A stretch of 64,000 bases of DNA from Eledone cirrhosa (Eukaryota), in the NCBI GenBank assembly GCA_964016885.1, contig OZ024755.1, positions 12,152,001 through 12,216,000 on the forward strand, read 5' to 3'. Each line of letters begins with the position of its first letter. Within the stretch, counting starts at the first letter, position 1. The notes beneath the pieces are model-generated. The model was not told the origin of the DNA. It worked only from the letters and a program-made list of their open reading frames with translations, and did no database searches. The translations under genes and the position numbers were made by a program. This document shows positions 24,158 through 38,942 of the stretch, one piece after another.

Positions 24158-24464
24158 ATTGATAATTATAATAATGATGACAATAACAATTATAGTGATA
24201 ATAACAATTATGATAATGACAATAACAATTACAATAATGACAATAACAATTATGAAGATGAGGATGCTGCGAATGATAATCTCATAGCTATAATATTCAG
24301 TCAATGAAGCACTTCTAGAAAAAGTGAAAATTATTGATATATTAGATTAATGTAAATGTTTTTAGCAATATTCCATAAGATGATTAGCTAGTCAAGGAAT
24401 TGGCACATTTCTGCTGCTTAGTTTTTCTTATCAATTAAGAACTATTATTTAATCTAAACTTCTT

Positions 24465-24665
24465 GAGCTGGTGTCACATTAAAATGCATCAAGACCTCTC
24501 TGAAAAATTAGTAGTTCTTGTGTCACATTAAACTGCACCAAGCCCTTTCTGAAAAACTGATAGTGCTGGTGTCACATTAAAATGCACCCAGCCCTTTCTG
24601 AAAAACTGGTTGTGCTGGTGTCACATTAAACTGCACCAAACCCTTTCTGAAAAACTGGCAGTGCA
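24465..24665. repeat. 49-bp tandem repeat, 4 copies
   Basis: GTCACATT recurs at 24473, 24522, 24571 and 24620. Confidence 0.9.
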
Positions 24666-25127
24666 AAATACGAGAGCCATATATTTGGTCATTTTCATAG
24701 ATTTTATCAAATGTTTTTTTTCTTTATTATTTTGACCTTTGTTTTGGTGCCATGATTAAAAGCACCCGGTCCATGCTATAAATGTGGTTGGTGTTAGAAA
24801 GAGAATCCAACTGTTGAAACCAAGCCAGAAGCAGTTCTGTTTGAGCAAGACATGGTCACCTGATCTTGTCTCACAATGGGACAACTTGTCTAACCCATGC
24901 TCACGATGATGATGATGATGAGGATGATGATGGTGTTTCTCTGTTAGCACCAGTTATATAATTGCAAGAATATGGAAAAAGAAAGATATTTTAAAACCCT
25001 AGTCACTCTTCCATAACATAAAATTCTTCACCTATCTGTTATCCATCCATTTCATATGTCTCAGAATAAGAAGTCTCTTTATATTATTTTGGCAATATAA
25101 TGAACAGATTTGTTGCCATTGGCACTT

Positions 25128-25250
25128 TGCGTTCTGAGTTCAAATCCCGCCGAGGTTAGCTTTGTCTTTCATCTTAACGGGGTCTATAAAATAAAGTACC
25201 AGTAATGCACTGGAATAATTGCTAGCCTTGTGCCCAAAGTAGAAACAATT
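25128..25250 (+). mobile_element. 5'-truncated Nin/Deu-domain SINE
   Basis: B box through to AAAGTAGAAACAATT. Confidence 0.8.
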
Positions 25251-25377
25251 GAATTTCTAATTAAATATGCTTCCTATGGTTTTTTAATAATGTTCACACA
25301 ATGATGATGATATATATAATATAGAGATAGGCAGATAGATAGATAGATAGATTTGAAACATATGAGCTCCAATGCAC

Positions 25378-25713
25378 ATGGAGGCATATGGCTTAGTGGT
25401 TAGAGCATTAGCCTTGCAATCGAAAGGTTGTGAGTTCAATTCTCAGACTGGGTGATGTGTTGTTTCCTTGAGCAAGACACTTTATTTCACATTGCTCCAG
25501 TTTACTCAGCTGTAGAAATGAGATGATAGGGAATGGGGTCCCTATCATTCCACTGCAAAGTGGTCGTGGAGGTGCCACGGCAAAAAAAGCACACAGCACT
25601 CACTGTAAATGAGGTTGGTGTTAGGAAGGGCATCCAGCCGTAGAAATGAAGCCAGCATCAGTTCCCGTCCCACCCTTGCAAGCAGGTAAAAAGTGGACGT
25701 AAAATGAAATGAT
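25378..25713 (+). mobile_element. Composite SINE, sister of 23485-23825
   Basis: Collinear, high identity over ~330 bp. Confidence 0.85.
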
Positions 25714-25808
25714 GGCCATATTGATAATCAATTGTCGTAAATAATAGATGAGAAAATTGAATACAATACTTTTTCCCATCTCCAAAGGTACATTCTGTGA
25801 TTTTCTAC

Positions 25809-25856
<48 letters not shown>

Positions 25857-26243
25857 TATGAATGTATGTATATAATATAATATAATATAATATAAATACA
25901 CGTTGAAATGAAAAAAGAAAACTCCAGAAAACATGTTTTAAAGTTTGAAAGTTCTTTTTAAATAGTTCAAATCTTTGATGTTGAAAATATAAAAATCCGA
26001 AGATAATTTTGAAAAATGTGAAATAAAAACGTTATAGGAGGGTGAGGGATGAAACATTTTTATTTTGGAAAAAAAACACACACACACTCACACACACAAA
26101 CATATATACATTATTCATATCGAAAATCGATTAAATACAGCTGATGAGCTGACCAATGTTTCCTGTGTTGTTTATTTGTTTTCCTGGCAATATATTTTCC
26201 TTCAATTTTTAAAATACTATTTCTCTATCATCCTTCTCTCTCT

Positions 26244-26283
<40 letters not shown>

Positions 26284-26450
26284 ATAGATATATATAAAGA
26301 TATATGTGAATGAAGTATTTCCGTCGGAAAGGTACAGGAAAAAAGAGTGCTCTATGTAGGCTACAGAGCTTATTATTTATGTAATAAACAACATTAGATA
26401 ATTATTTCATTTACCAGTGGATTCTTGAAGACAGTTCAGTATAAAGATAT

Positions 26451-26832
26451 ATAGAATCATTTAATAAAATATATACACCATTTCCTCTCCCAATCAGCAT
26501 AATCAACCACACAAAAAAACCAATTAAACCAGGCTATAAGATTAAAAGACACCTATGAAGAAATAATAGATAAATAAACGACAGCTATCTATTCGCGATC
26601 AACAGCCATAGACTATTTACCCAGCATTTCCAATAGCACATGGGAATCGATTAAATTTATTCTTAACCATACCCAATTAAGTATAAAATCAAAGTTAGAA
26701 GAAAAAATGTATATAAACATACCAAAATTACGTTTCTTTTAATCTTATAGCCTGGTTTAATTGGTTTTTTGTGTGGTTGATTATGCTGACTGGGAGAGGA
26801 AATGGTGTATATATTTTATCAAATGATTCTAT
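26451..26832. repeat. ~98-bp inverted repeat with 185-bp spacer
   Basis: 26451-26549 is the near-perfect reverse complement of 26735-26832. Confidence 0.85.
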
Positions 26833-27019
26833 GGACATACTTTATTGTATATTGCTCTGAGTGTTGATTATTTAATTAATTAATTCGTCATTGAGCCACA
26901 TCGGGAATGGTTGCCAAAAACATATAGATATATATATCTATGACTTTCTCTAGTTTGTATATATGTAAATCTAGCCCTCTTTGGAATTTAGTCTTCAAAT
27001 TTATTATTATTACTATTTG

Positions 27020-27050
<31 letters not shown>

Positions 27051-29515
27051 GATATATATATATATATATATAAAGATATATATATAGAAAAGATATATAT
27101 ATATATATCAAGTGTAAAGGATTCACGTTCCCTCCTGTGTTTTTTCCTCTCTATATTGTATATATATATATATATATATATACTCACATATACATAAATA
27201 CACACACACTATATATATATAAATATATATATATATAAATATATACACACACACTCACACATTTTCGAAAAATGTCAAAAGAAGTAAAGGTTAAGGTTGC
27301 TTGCGTCCTCCGAATGGAAGAAAATGTGATGGGAAAAGGGATGGACAGTTAAACAAACACAGAATCCTGAAATCTAATCAGGTTCTTAAGTACCTTAGCA
27401 CTGATTCTCATACATAACAACAACAAATAAGTTTCGCCTTTCCTTTGCTTGGTTGTTTTGTTATGGAGTTCATTTTGGAACCACGTGAGTTCCGGTTCAG
27501 TTACATTGCGTTTTCATTGTACATATTCTGTTCAAGTCTGGTACTTATGTTATCCATCTCTTTTTAACGAATCGTTAATTTACGTGGCATAAACGGTAAT
27601 CTTACACAAACGACAGGCTTCCACATAGTTTCCACTGACCAAATTACATTCACGAGGCGTTTACCAACCGGAATCCATAGTAGAAGACGCTTGCCCAATG
27701 TGCCAAGCAGTGGAACTGAACGGAAGTCACGTATTGCAGTTCCTTAACCACACGGCCATGCTCTTACTTTGGTAAAGGTAAAACTTATTTGTAATACAGT
27801 GTTGTCTAAAAGATTTTTGTATTTTTCTTATATAATAATTGGTCTTTAATCTGTTAAATCATTTCACAGTTGTATAAATAACATTACAAATAGTGATGGA
27901 AATATGAAAGAAAAGGGAAAAATACATAAAAACAAAAACCAAGCAACAAATAAATGGGGTGGGTAAAGAAATGCAGATCTGGCTGGAGGAAAGTAGGAGA
28001 AAGGGCTATAAATGTTATAAACGACAGTAAAAGGAGGGGAACTCAAGATCTATGGGGCCACGGAGAAAGGGGGCGGGTGGTGTTTAGGCTGCGTCCTACG
28101 GACAAAACTGCAAAGACATTTCCACAGACAATAACCAACGACACACGCTGCAACAGCCACCGCACATCGCGGGGTTCCTTCCCCACACGGGCTGCTATAC
28201 TAAGATTGGTAGTAAATATAATTTTTCAAGTTTATATCAATAAATAATATTAAGAGATCTTTTCTTGGTGCAATTTATGACAATTGATATTACCCGAAAC
28301 TAAGAAACAGTTATCCCCATAAACTCTGGAGTTTTTCTATAAGCAACTGGTGTTTAGCCGAGAGATCCTACAAAGTTTTACTTTCGCTTGTTATTGTAGA
28401 AAATTATGGGAGTCTTTGTTAAATTTAATGCCAGGTTTTTATCAGATTCTTCACATAAAGTAATAACATCTCTCTCTCTCTCTTCTTCTTTCTATTGTTT
28501 AATATCCAGCTCTTTCAATCTCTCTCATTTGAACTCAATAATGCAAGTTAATAAAACATTTATCTCTTATACAGCCAATGCGGGCAATTGGAAGTTGAAT
28601 GTCTTAGCTCAGAATAACAATTATGCTAGTTATGTAATGTGAACTGATTAACCTTTCTTTAGCTATTGTTTCAGCCTGTTTTTAGTCTTCACAAAATACA
28701 TAAACACGATGGTTATAGGATAACGTTGTTATCATACTTTCTTTATAAATCAACAACAGCAACAAAAAGTGTAGTTAGTAATTGCAAGGGTTACATACTA
28801 CCTAACATTTTAGTGTGTTAGACAGTTATAAATTCCCATAAAAAGTCAAAGAAGGGAGGGGGTGTTAAGACATGAAGGTCAGATTAAATTTGAATCATTT
28901 GGGACTATTTAAATAATTATATAAAAAAAAATAATACTCGAAGTGTTGTTTGTGTTTCTTTGTTTGGGTTGTTGTTGCTTTTTTAAGAAAAAAAATGAAT
29001 ACTATTTTAGCGGCATACAGTCTACTGCTGTACCCGTAGTCTGTACTGAGAAATGACCTGGCCTATCTACCGGGTTAGGGTTAGTTGTTGTAGTTGGGGA
29101 AGACCTTACGCAGAATTATAAACTTGCAGGTAGACAGTACACTAGAAGGACACATAAAATGTCCCATTTATCCTGTACACGATTTGTTAAATATCATATT
29201 GATAATATCGATATTTTTTATCACCCACACTGATTGATTATTGTTTTGTTGTTGTTGTTTTTGTCAAAACCATTGTTGCTTTTGGATTTCCTCCTTTTTT
29301 TTTTACTAAAAAAATTATGTTAGATAAGCAAACACATTTTTTCTTCTCAAAATACCGGCTGCTCTCCGATAGGTTTTATCGTCAGACGCTTAACAGTATA
29401 AACATATTGGGCCCTGGGCGCCCGAATCATTTCCCTACTTAGTGCGGTCGAATTGGAGATGGCCATTCTAAAGAACGATCTCCACGGGGTTGACCGACCA
29501 GCATGTTAAATATAT

Positions 29516-29612
29516 AATTGTTTCTACTTTTGGCACAAGGCCAGCAATTATCCCAGTGTATTACTGGTACTTTATTTTATCGATCCCGTAAGGATGAAAG
29601 GCAAAGTTAAAA
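29516..29612 (-). mobile_element. Nin/Deu-domain SINE 3' half
   Basis: Reverse complement of core plus tail. Confidence 0.8.
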
Positions 29613-30789
29613 ATGATGGATACATCCGGTGTCGCGGGTCTCCTGAACTATTTCACCTTTTACTACGATTGGTATAAAGATAACGAAGAATGAGCCCCGT
29701 GAATTCGCCAATCTACGAACCTACGGGGTATCACTTCACAATTCTGTGTGCTTAGACGATGAAATAACAAATTAGACTATTCTTTCAGCACCATCTCCCT
29801 CGACTCATATCGTTTCCATTCCATAAATTAATGAAGATTTGAGGAGACATTCTTGAAAGTTTCACAATAATTCTAATGGATGTCAAACATCTGTAACATG
29901 TTATTACACACGTTACCAAGAAATCGTTGATTCAATTCAGTTTTATAGTTTAAGAAAAATTTGTTAAAAATGTCAACGTGATATTTGAAGATCATTATAC
30001 AGAGAAAACTCAAATTGTGTCTGTTTTTATTTTCTTATTTTTATACAATATATGGAATTCATATGCATGTAATATATAAAAATAATATATACATAATAAA
30101 TAATTTATTCATACAACCATACATGGGCATTATATATAAAAGGTGAGGAATGTGACGGTTTTATATTAATATAATAATTGTTTAATACTGCGTTCAGTTA
30201 GTGGTGGTGATGATCATGGTGATGGAAGTGGTGGTAGTGATAATGATGGTGGAGGTGACGATCGTGGTAATGATGGTGGTAGTGGAGGTGAAAATGATGG
30301 GGGGGGAGGCGGTGTGATGAAGTTGGTGGAGGTGATGATAATAATGGTGTTGATGTTGGTGGTAGTGGTAAGGATGATGGGACCTCCGTCGGTTTCGACG
30401 ATGAGTGTTCCAGTTGTTCTATATCAGCAAAACAGCCTGCTTATGGAATTAGCATTAAATGGCTGAGTATTCCAGGGAGACATATACCCATAATGCAATT
30501 CTTAGAAAGGAAAACGCCAGTCCGGGAAGCAATGACACCAGAGGACTCAATGACAGCCGGCACAAAAAAAAAGATCGGTCAGTCTATACCTGGTATTTAG
30601 TCATCTTCCACACCCCAGGGACAGACTGGGAACTGAAGACTCCGGAGGTCACAATGGTCCAAGTACCAGCAACACACTGGGATAATTGCTGGCCTTGTGC
30701 CAAAAGTAGAAATAATTATTTAAATAAGTTATATCTCTTACCTGAAAAATAATCTTGTACGTAATGAAAATGTATCTTTAACAATAAAA

Positions 30790-31260
30790 ATCGATAGAAG
30801 ACAATAGATAATTAACATTAAATAGATAGTTAAGATTAAAAATTTCATTAATCACTATAAAAAGTTCATCAATGACAAAAGAAAATCTATAGATGACAAA
30901 ATATAATCAATCGATCAATCAATTGTCGATAGATGATAACAGAAAATTGGTGGATGACACTAGATATTGGACGAATGATAATAGAAAATCTATGACAACA
31001 TAAACTCAATTAATGAAAATAGAAAATCAATCAATAACAGAAGAGACTCGATAAATGACAATAGAAAATTATTTACTGACCACAGAAAATCTATCAATAA
31101 CAAGAAAGAATCGATAGCTGACAATAGAAAATCGATAGATGACAAATGATAATTAATCAATGAAAATAAAAATTGATGAATGACAAAAGATAACTGATCG
31201 ATAACAATAGATAATTTATCATATGACAGAATATCGATAAATGACAATCGAAAATACATA
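30790..31260. repeat. Degenerate ~21-bp minisatellite (GATAGATGACAATAGAAAATC-like)
   Basis: ATGACAA.AGAAAATC motif recurs at ~21-bp spacing. Explains the LLSxID-type ORF 30990-31259. Confidence 0.7.
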
Positions 31261-31435
31261 AAACAAAGAATTGGAGATCATAATTGTTTTCTTTAAATTT
31301 TTTAATGTGGAAACAAAATATATTTTATGTATTTGTTTAATTGCAGGATATTGCGATAATCTTTCTAGTATGTATGTACGTGTTTGTGTCTATGTATATA
31401 AATGTGTGTGTGTGATTATATATATATATACGGGT

Positions 31436-31489
31436 AATGTTCTATAGGAATAGAACTTGCTTCATTCGTTGTGAAATCATCAGAACATT
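31436..31489 (-). ncRNA. Degenerate family A hammerhead
   Basis: AATGTT-CTGATGA-TTTC ACAAC GAAT-GAAG-CAAGTTCTATTCCTA-TA-GAACATT. GAAA mutated to GAAG and helix III broken. Confidence 0.45.
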
Positions 31490-31919
31490 CATCATGATTT
31501 CAGACGATGCCTTGCAGAAGCCAACCAAATCTATATGAAATATCTATATAAAAACACATATATATGTGTAGATTTGCCTTTATGGTTATGTGTTAATATA
31601 TGCTTGCACAGTCTCGTTTATATATATATATATATATATTTTCTATATAGGTATTCACGTAAGTGTTAATGATAAATGATATAAAGATGCTTACACCCCT
31701 TGGATGGAAGGTAACGTATAGTATATACTTAAATATCAATGTAAATATCCTCATGGAAGGTAACTTACTGATCAAGCTTAACTTTCATGTTATCTAACTA
31801 GTGATTAGTGTAATCTACAAAGAAACAGGTACAGACTTATGTTTATAGATTCAGCTAAGTTATATATACATTTATAATATATATGAATGTGTGTATTTAA
31901 ATAAATATATATGCACACA

Positions 31920-32055
31920 CACACACCACACCACACCACACCACACCACACACTACACCACACCACACCACACCACACACTACACCACACCACACTACAC
32001 TACACTACACTACACTACACTACACCACACCACACCACACCACACCACACCACAC

Positions 32056-32070
<15 letters not shown>
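31920..32070. repeat. (CACAC/CACTA)n pentanucleotide repeat
   Basis: Direct inspection. Confidence 0.9.
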
Positions 32071-32089
<19 letters not shown>

Positions 32090-32090
32090 A

Positions 32091-32215
32091 GTTTATCCCG
32101 GGTTCAATCGGGGGTAACCACAGTAAGTAAGGTACTCAACACATAGCAGAGTATGTATAAGAGCTTCTTGATGATTTCTCCCGAACGAAACAATTCTAGT
32201 CCTGTAGAAGCCATT
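32091..32215 (+). mobile_element. Family A element: inverted 3' end joined to hammerhead (32163-32211, C3U variant)
   Basis: GCTTC-TTGATGA-TTTC TCCC GAAC-GAAA-CAA TTCTAGTC CTG-TA/GAAGC. 32091-32160 is the reverse complement of the 59864-59926 tail. (TA)n on both sides. Confidence 0.7.
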
Positions 32216-32246
<31 letters not shown>

Positions 32247-33167
32247 AACAAGGGGGAGAAGAATACTACATGGTTGCACATGGATTATATATTATAAAAT
32301 TAATCCCTCATCAGTGATTTTGCCAACCATCATTGGTATTTAGTCGCATTAATATATATATATATAGCGAAAGAGAGGAAGGCGGGGGAAGAGAAACAAC
32401 AAATATTGTTTTTGTGTGTGTTTATATACAGGAGGCGACTAAATGAGTTAGCGCTAGGAAGGGCTTCCAGCTGTAAGACATTGTCTCAAAACATCAGACC
32501 CAGCCAATACCAGCATGGTGTGGACACAAAAGTAACAGACACAGACACACACACACACATACATATATACATATATATATACGAGGAAATGCTCCCTGTA
32601 CATTCCATTCAGTAAAATTGTAGTGCTGGTGCCACGATAAAACGCGCCCAGTACACGCTAATCGCTTGAAAGCGGTTAGCGTTCGGAAGGGCATTCAGCC
32701 AAAGGAACTGTACAAAATTTGAACGTATGTGCACGACGCAGTTATCTGATCTGTCAATATATCTGATCTGTACGTGTTAACCCATCTCACGTATGTATGT
32801 ATGGATTCATGTTCATTTTAAATGACCAAGCTGAAACTTCGTGTTGAGTGCTTAATGGGGTAAATTTATGAATACTTTATGTACTATGGTACATAAAACA
32901 GACAACGCACGTGTGTGTGTGTGCGTGTGTGCGCGCGTGTTTGAAGTAGTAAAAGTAGTTTGAAGGAGTTGAAGAGGCACAATACTGGCATACGGCATTT
33001 CTAGAGTATTTTAAAACCTAGCGGAGCCCATCTTTCTCCTTGTCTGAATGCGGTAGATTTCTTCCAGAGAAGGATAAAGATGACAGAGAGGAAAAGACTC
33101 ATAGGAAGAATCGACCCCAGAACTTCACTGGTCATTTTTTTTTTATTGCTCTGGAATGGGTGATAGG

Positions 33168-33330
33168 CAAAGTTGGCCTCAAAGTTGGCCCCAAAGTTGG
33201 CCTCAAAGTTGGCCCCAAAGTTGGCCTCAAAGTTGGCCCCAAAGTTGGCCTCAAAGTTGGCCTCAAAGTTGGCCCCAAAGTTGGCCCCAAAGCTGGCCCC
33301 AAAGCTGGCCCCAAAGTTGGCCCCAAAGTT
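33168..33330. repeat. 12-bp tandem repeat CAAAGTTGGCCY, ~13.5 copies
   Basis: Direct inspection. Source of the WPQS/KVGP ORFs. Confidence 0.95.
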
Positions 33331-33855
33331 TGAACTGAGAGAGAGGCAGTAATACAGAATACCCGCCCACGCAGTAATACAGAAGACCCGTCTTGCCTAT
33401 GTACAAAGTGAAACCTCCAGTCAGTAGGCACCTCTTAACCAAACACACACCCCCAACCCACGACCCCTACTCCATCCTCCCACTCCCACCAACACCACCC
33501 TTTCTCTGTAAAGTTATGTTGGTACCACACAGTCCACGCTGTAATGTGGCCGTGTAGGTAACATGGTAAAAAGCTCCCGGTCCACACTGTAAATGTGGTT
33601 GGTGTTAGGAAGGGCAACCAGCCGTAGAAAACCTGCCAAATAGTCCTATACAAGTGAGACACGGTCACCCGACCAATCTTGCCTCAAGTGGGACAATTCC
33701 CGTCTAACCCATGCTAGCGTGTAGATAGGCGTTAAACGATGATGATGATGAGAGCATAGAGCCGAAAGGGCTATCGCAAAGCATTCAATCTGACGCCCTA
33801 ACCACTCTGTAAACTCCCGTGCTTTACAAACGTTAAGTATTATTAAATACATTCA

Positions 33856-34268
33856 TCCGCGTAAGGATGAAAGACAAAGTTAACCTCGGCGGCATTTGAA
33901 CTCGGCTCTTTATGATGTGAGTTCAAATCCCGTCGAGGTTAACTTTGCCTTTCATCCTACCGAGTCGATAAAATAAAGTACCAGTAATACACTGTGATAA
34001 TTGCTGGCCTTGTGCCAAAAGTAGAAACAATTATTAATATTATTAATCCCGTCGAGTTTAACTTTGCCTTTCATCCTTACGGAGGCGATAAAATAAAGTA
34101 CCAGTAATACACTGAGATAATTGCTGGCCTTGTGCCAAAAGTAGAAACAATTATTAATATTATTAATCCTGCCCAGGTTAGCTCTGCCTTTCATCTTTAC
34201 AGGATCGATAAAATGAAGTACCAGTAATACACTGACATTATGCTGGCCTTGTGTCAAAAGTAGAAACG
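33856..34268 (+). mobile_element. Single SINE insertion with 5' inversion and triplicated ~120-bp 3' half
   Basis: Inverted piece 33856-33905, units starting ~33926, 34045 and 34165. 17-bp TSD ATTATTAAAT(A/C)CATTCA at 33839-33855 and 34269-34285. Confidence 0.8.
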
Positions 34269-34553
34269 ATTATTAAATCCATTCAAACTACGAACGTTGA
34301 CTAAGTATAAATTACTGTAAAGTTATGTCAAGTCTTATAGATGTTATGATAACGTTGAGTGTTAGTTGAATGTATCGCTGATGGTGTTTTATTAAAAGTG
34401 TGAGGTGATCACACCAGCAGTAGTGCTTATGTCAGTTTCTCTTGTCTAAAGGGGAGGATGGTATTATTAAAAGTAGGAGGGGTTAGAGATAGACGAAGCT
34501 GATGGCAAGTACATACTTATGTAAATAGATATGTATATGTAAATTAATATGTA

Positions 34554-38041
<3,488 letters not shown>

Positions 38042-38559
38042 GACGTACGTGCGTGTGTATGTCTACCTATAGACACATATCTGTATATGTCACTATAACT
38101 TTGTTGAATCTATAAATATAGCATAATACTATTTATTTATTTATTTAATAAGTTAAATAATAAAACATATGCAGCACCATATTTTAAACTGAAATGTTTA
38201 ATATATGTTTAATATATTGCAAAAATATGTTATATATTTAAATATATTATCTATTGTGTTTGAGAAAAATGCACGGTTCGAAATTTGTAATTTGTTTAAT
38301 GATAATTGCGTTTGTAATACCTGCAGTGGGAAGAGCTCTACCTGGTTTAAATGCACAAGATTCCACGTGTATATTGATGGTGGCCCCTACGACTATGTCA
38401 CGTCACGTCACGACTATGTCACGTCACGTCATGACATGGCACGGCATGTTCCCGTAACTCCCGGGGAAATCGAAGGGGGCACCGCATTGACATAAGGCGT
38501 TTCTGGAGCATTTTCAAACCTGGCAGAGCCGAATCCTTTTTAGGTCTGAATACAGAAGA

Positions 38560-38655
38560 TGTCTTCCAGACATGCGCATCTGCCTTTCCATCCTCAGGGG
38601 AAACGCCTTCTCCATTCTGTCCGCCGGGGCTGTGGCTGTGGGGAGGCCAGCACAT
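38560..38655 (+). mobile_element. CRE-like retrotransposon 3' remnant
   Basis: CTTTCCATCCTCAGGGGAAACGCCTTC...GGCTGTGGGGAGGCC (LSILRGNAF) matches the reverse complement of 12969-13025. Confidence 0.65.
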
Positions 38656-38771
38656 GGGACCCCATTTGCTCACCATACAGAGAGATGAGGAGGGCGAGAG
38701 AGATGGAGACGATGACAGTGAGAGTTCGGCTCTTCCACGTTCGGACAATATCCTTGTGGTTGTGGTCATTA

Positions 38772-38942
38772 TGTGGACTGGCAGTATCGGTAGAGGGTCG
38801 GACGCCATGCTTTGTAGCAAATAGTTACGGCCCTTTATGGTCTGAGTTCAAATTGCGTTTCATCCTTACGGGGGTCGATAAAATAAAGTACCAGTAATGT
38901 ACTGGGTAATTGCTGGCCTTGTGCCAGAAGTAGAAACAATTA
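38772..38942 (+). mobile_element. Nin/Deu-domain SINE with small internal deletion
   Basis: Head and tail as in other copies. Lacks CCCGCCGAGGTTAACT segment. Confidence 0.85.

Noticed and set aside
29380-29760. CpG-rich unique segment split by a SINE, possible pseudogene or structured RNA
   Set aside because: All frames interrupted, no recognisable motif, only a modest hairpin
33040-33448. WPQS / KVGP repeat proteins
   Set aside because: 12-bp tandem repeat, open in several frames, with no splice or flanking coding support
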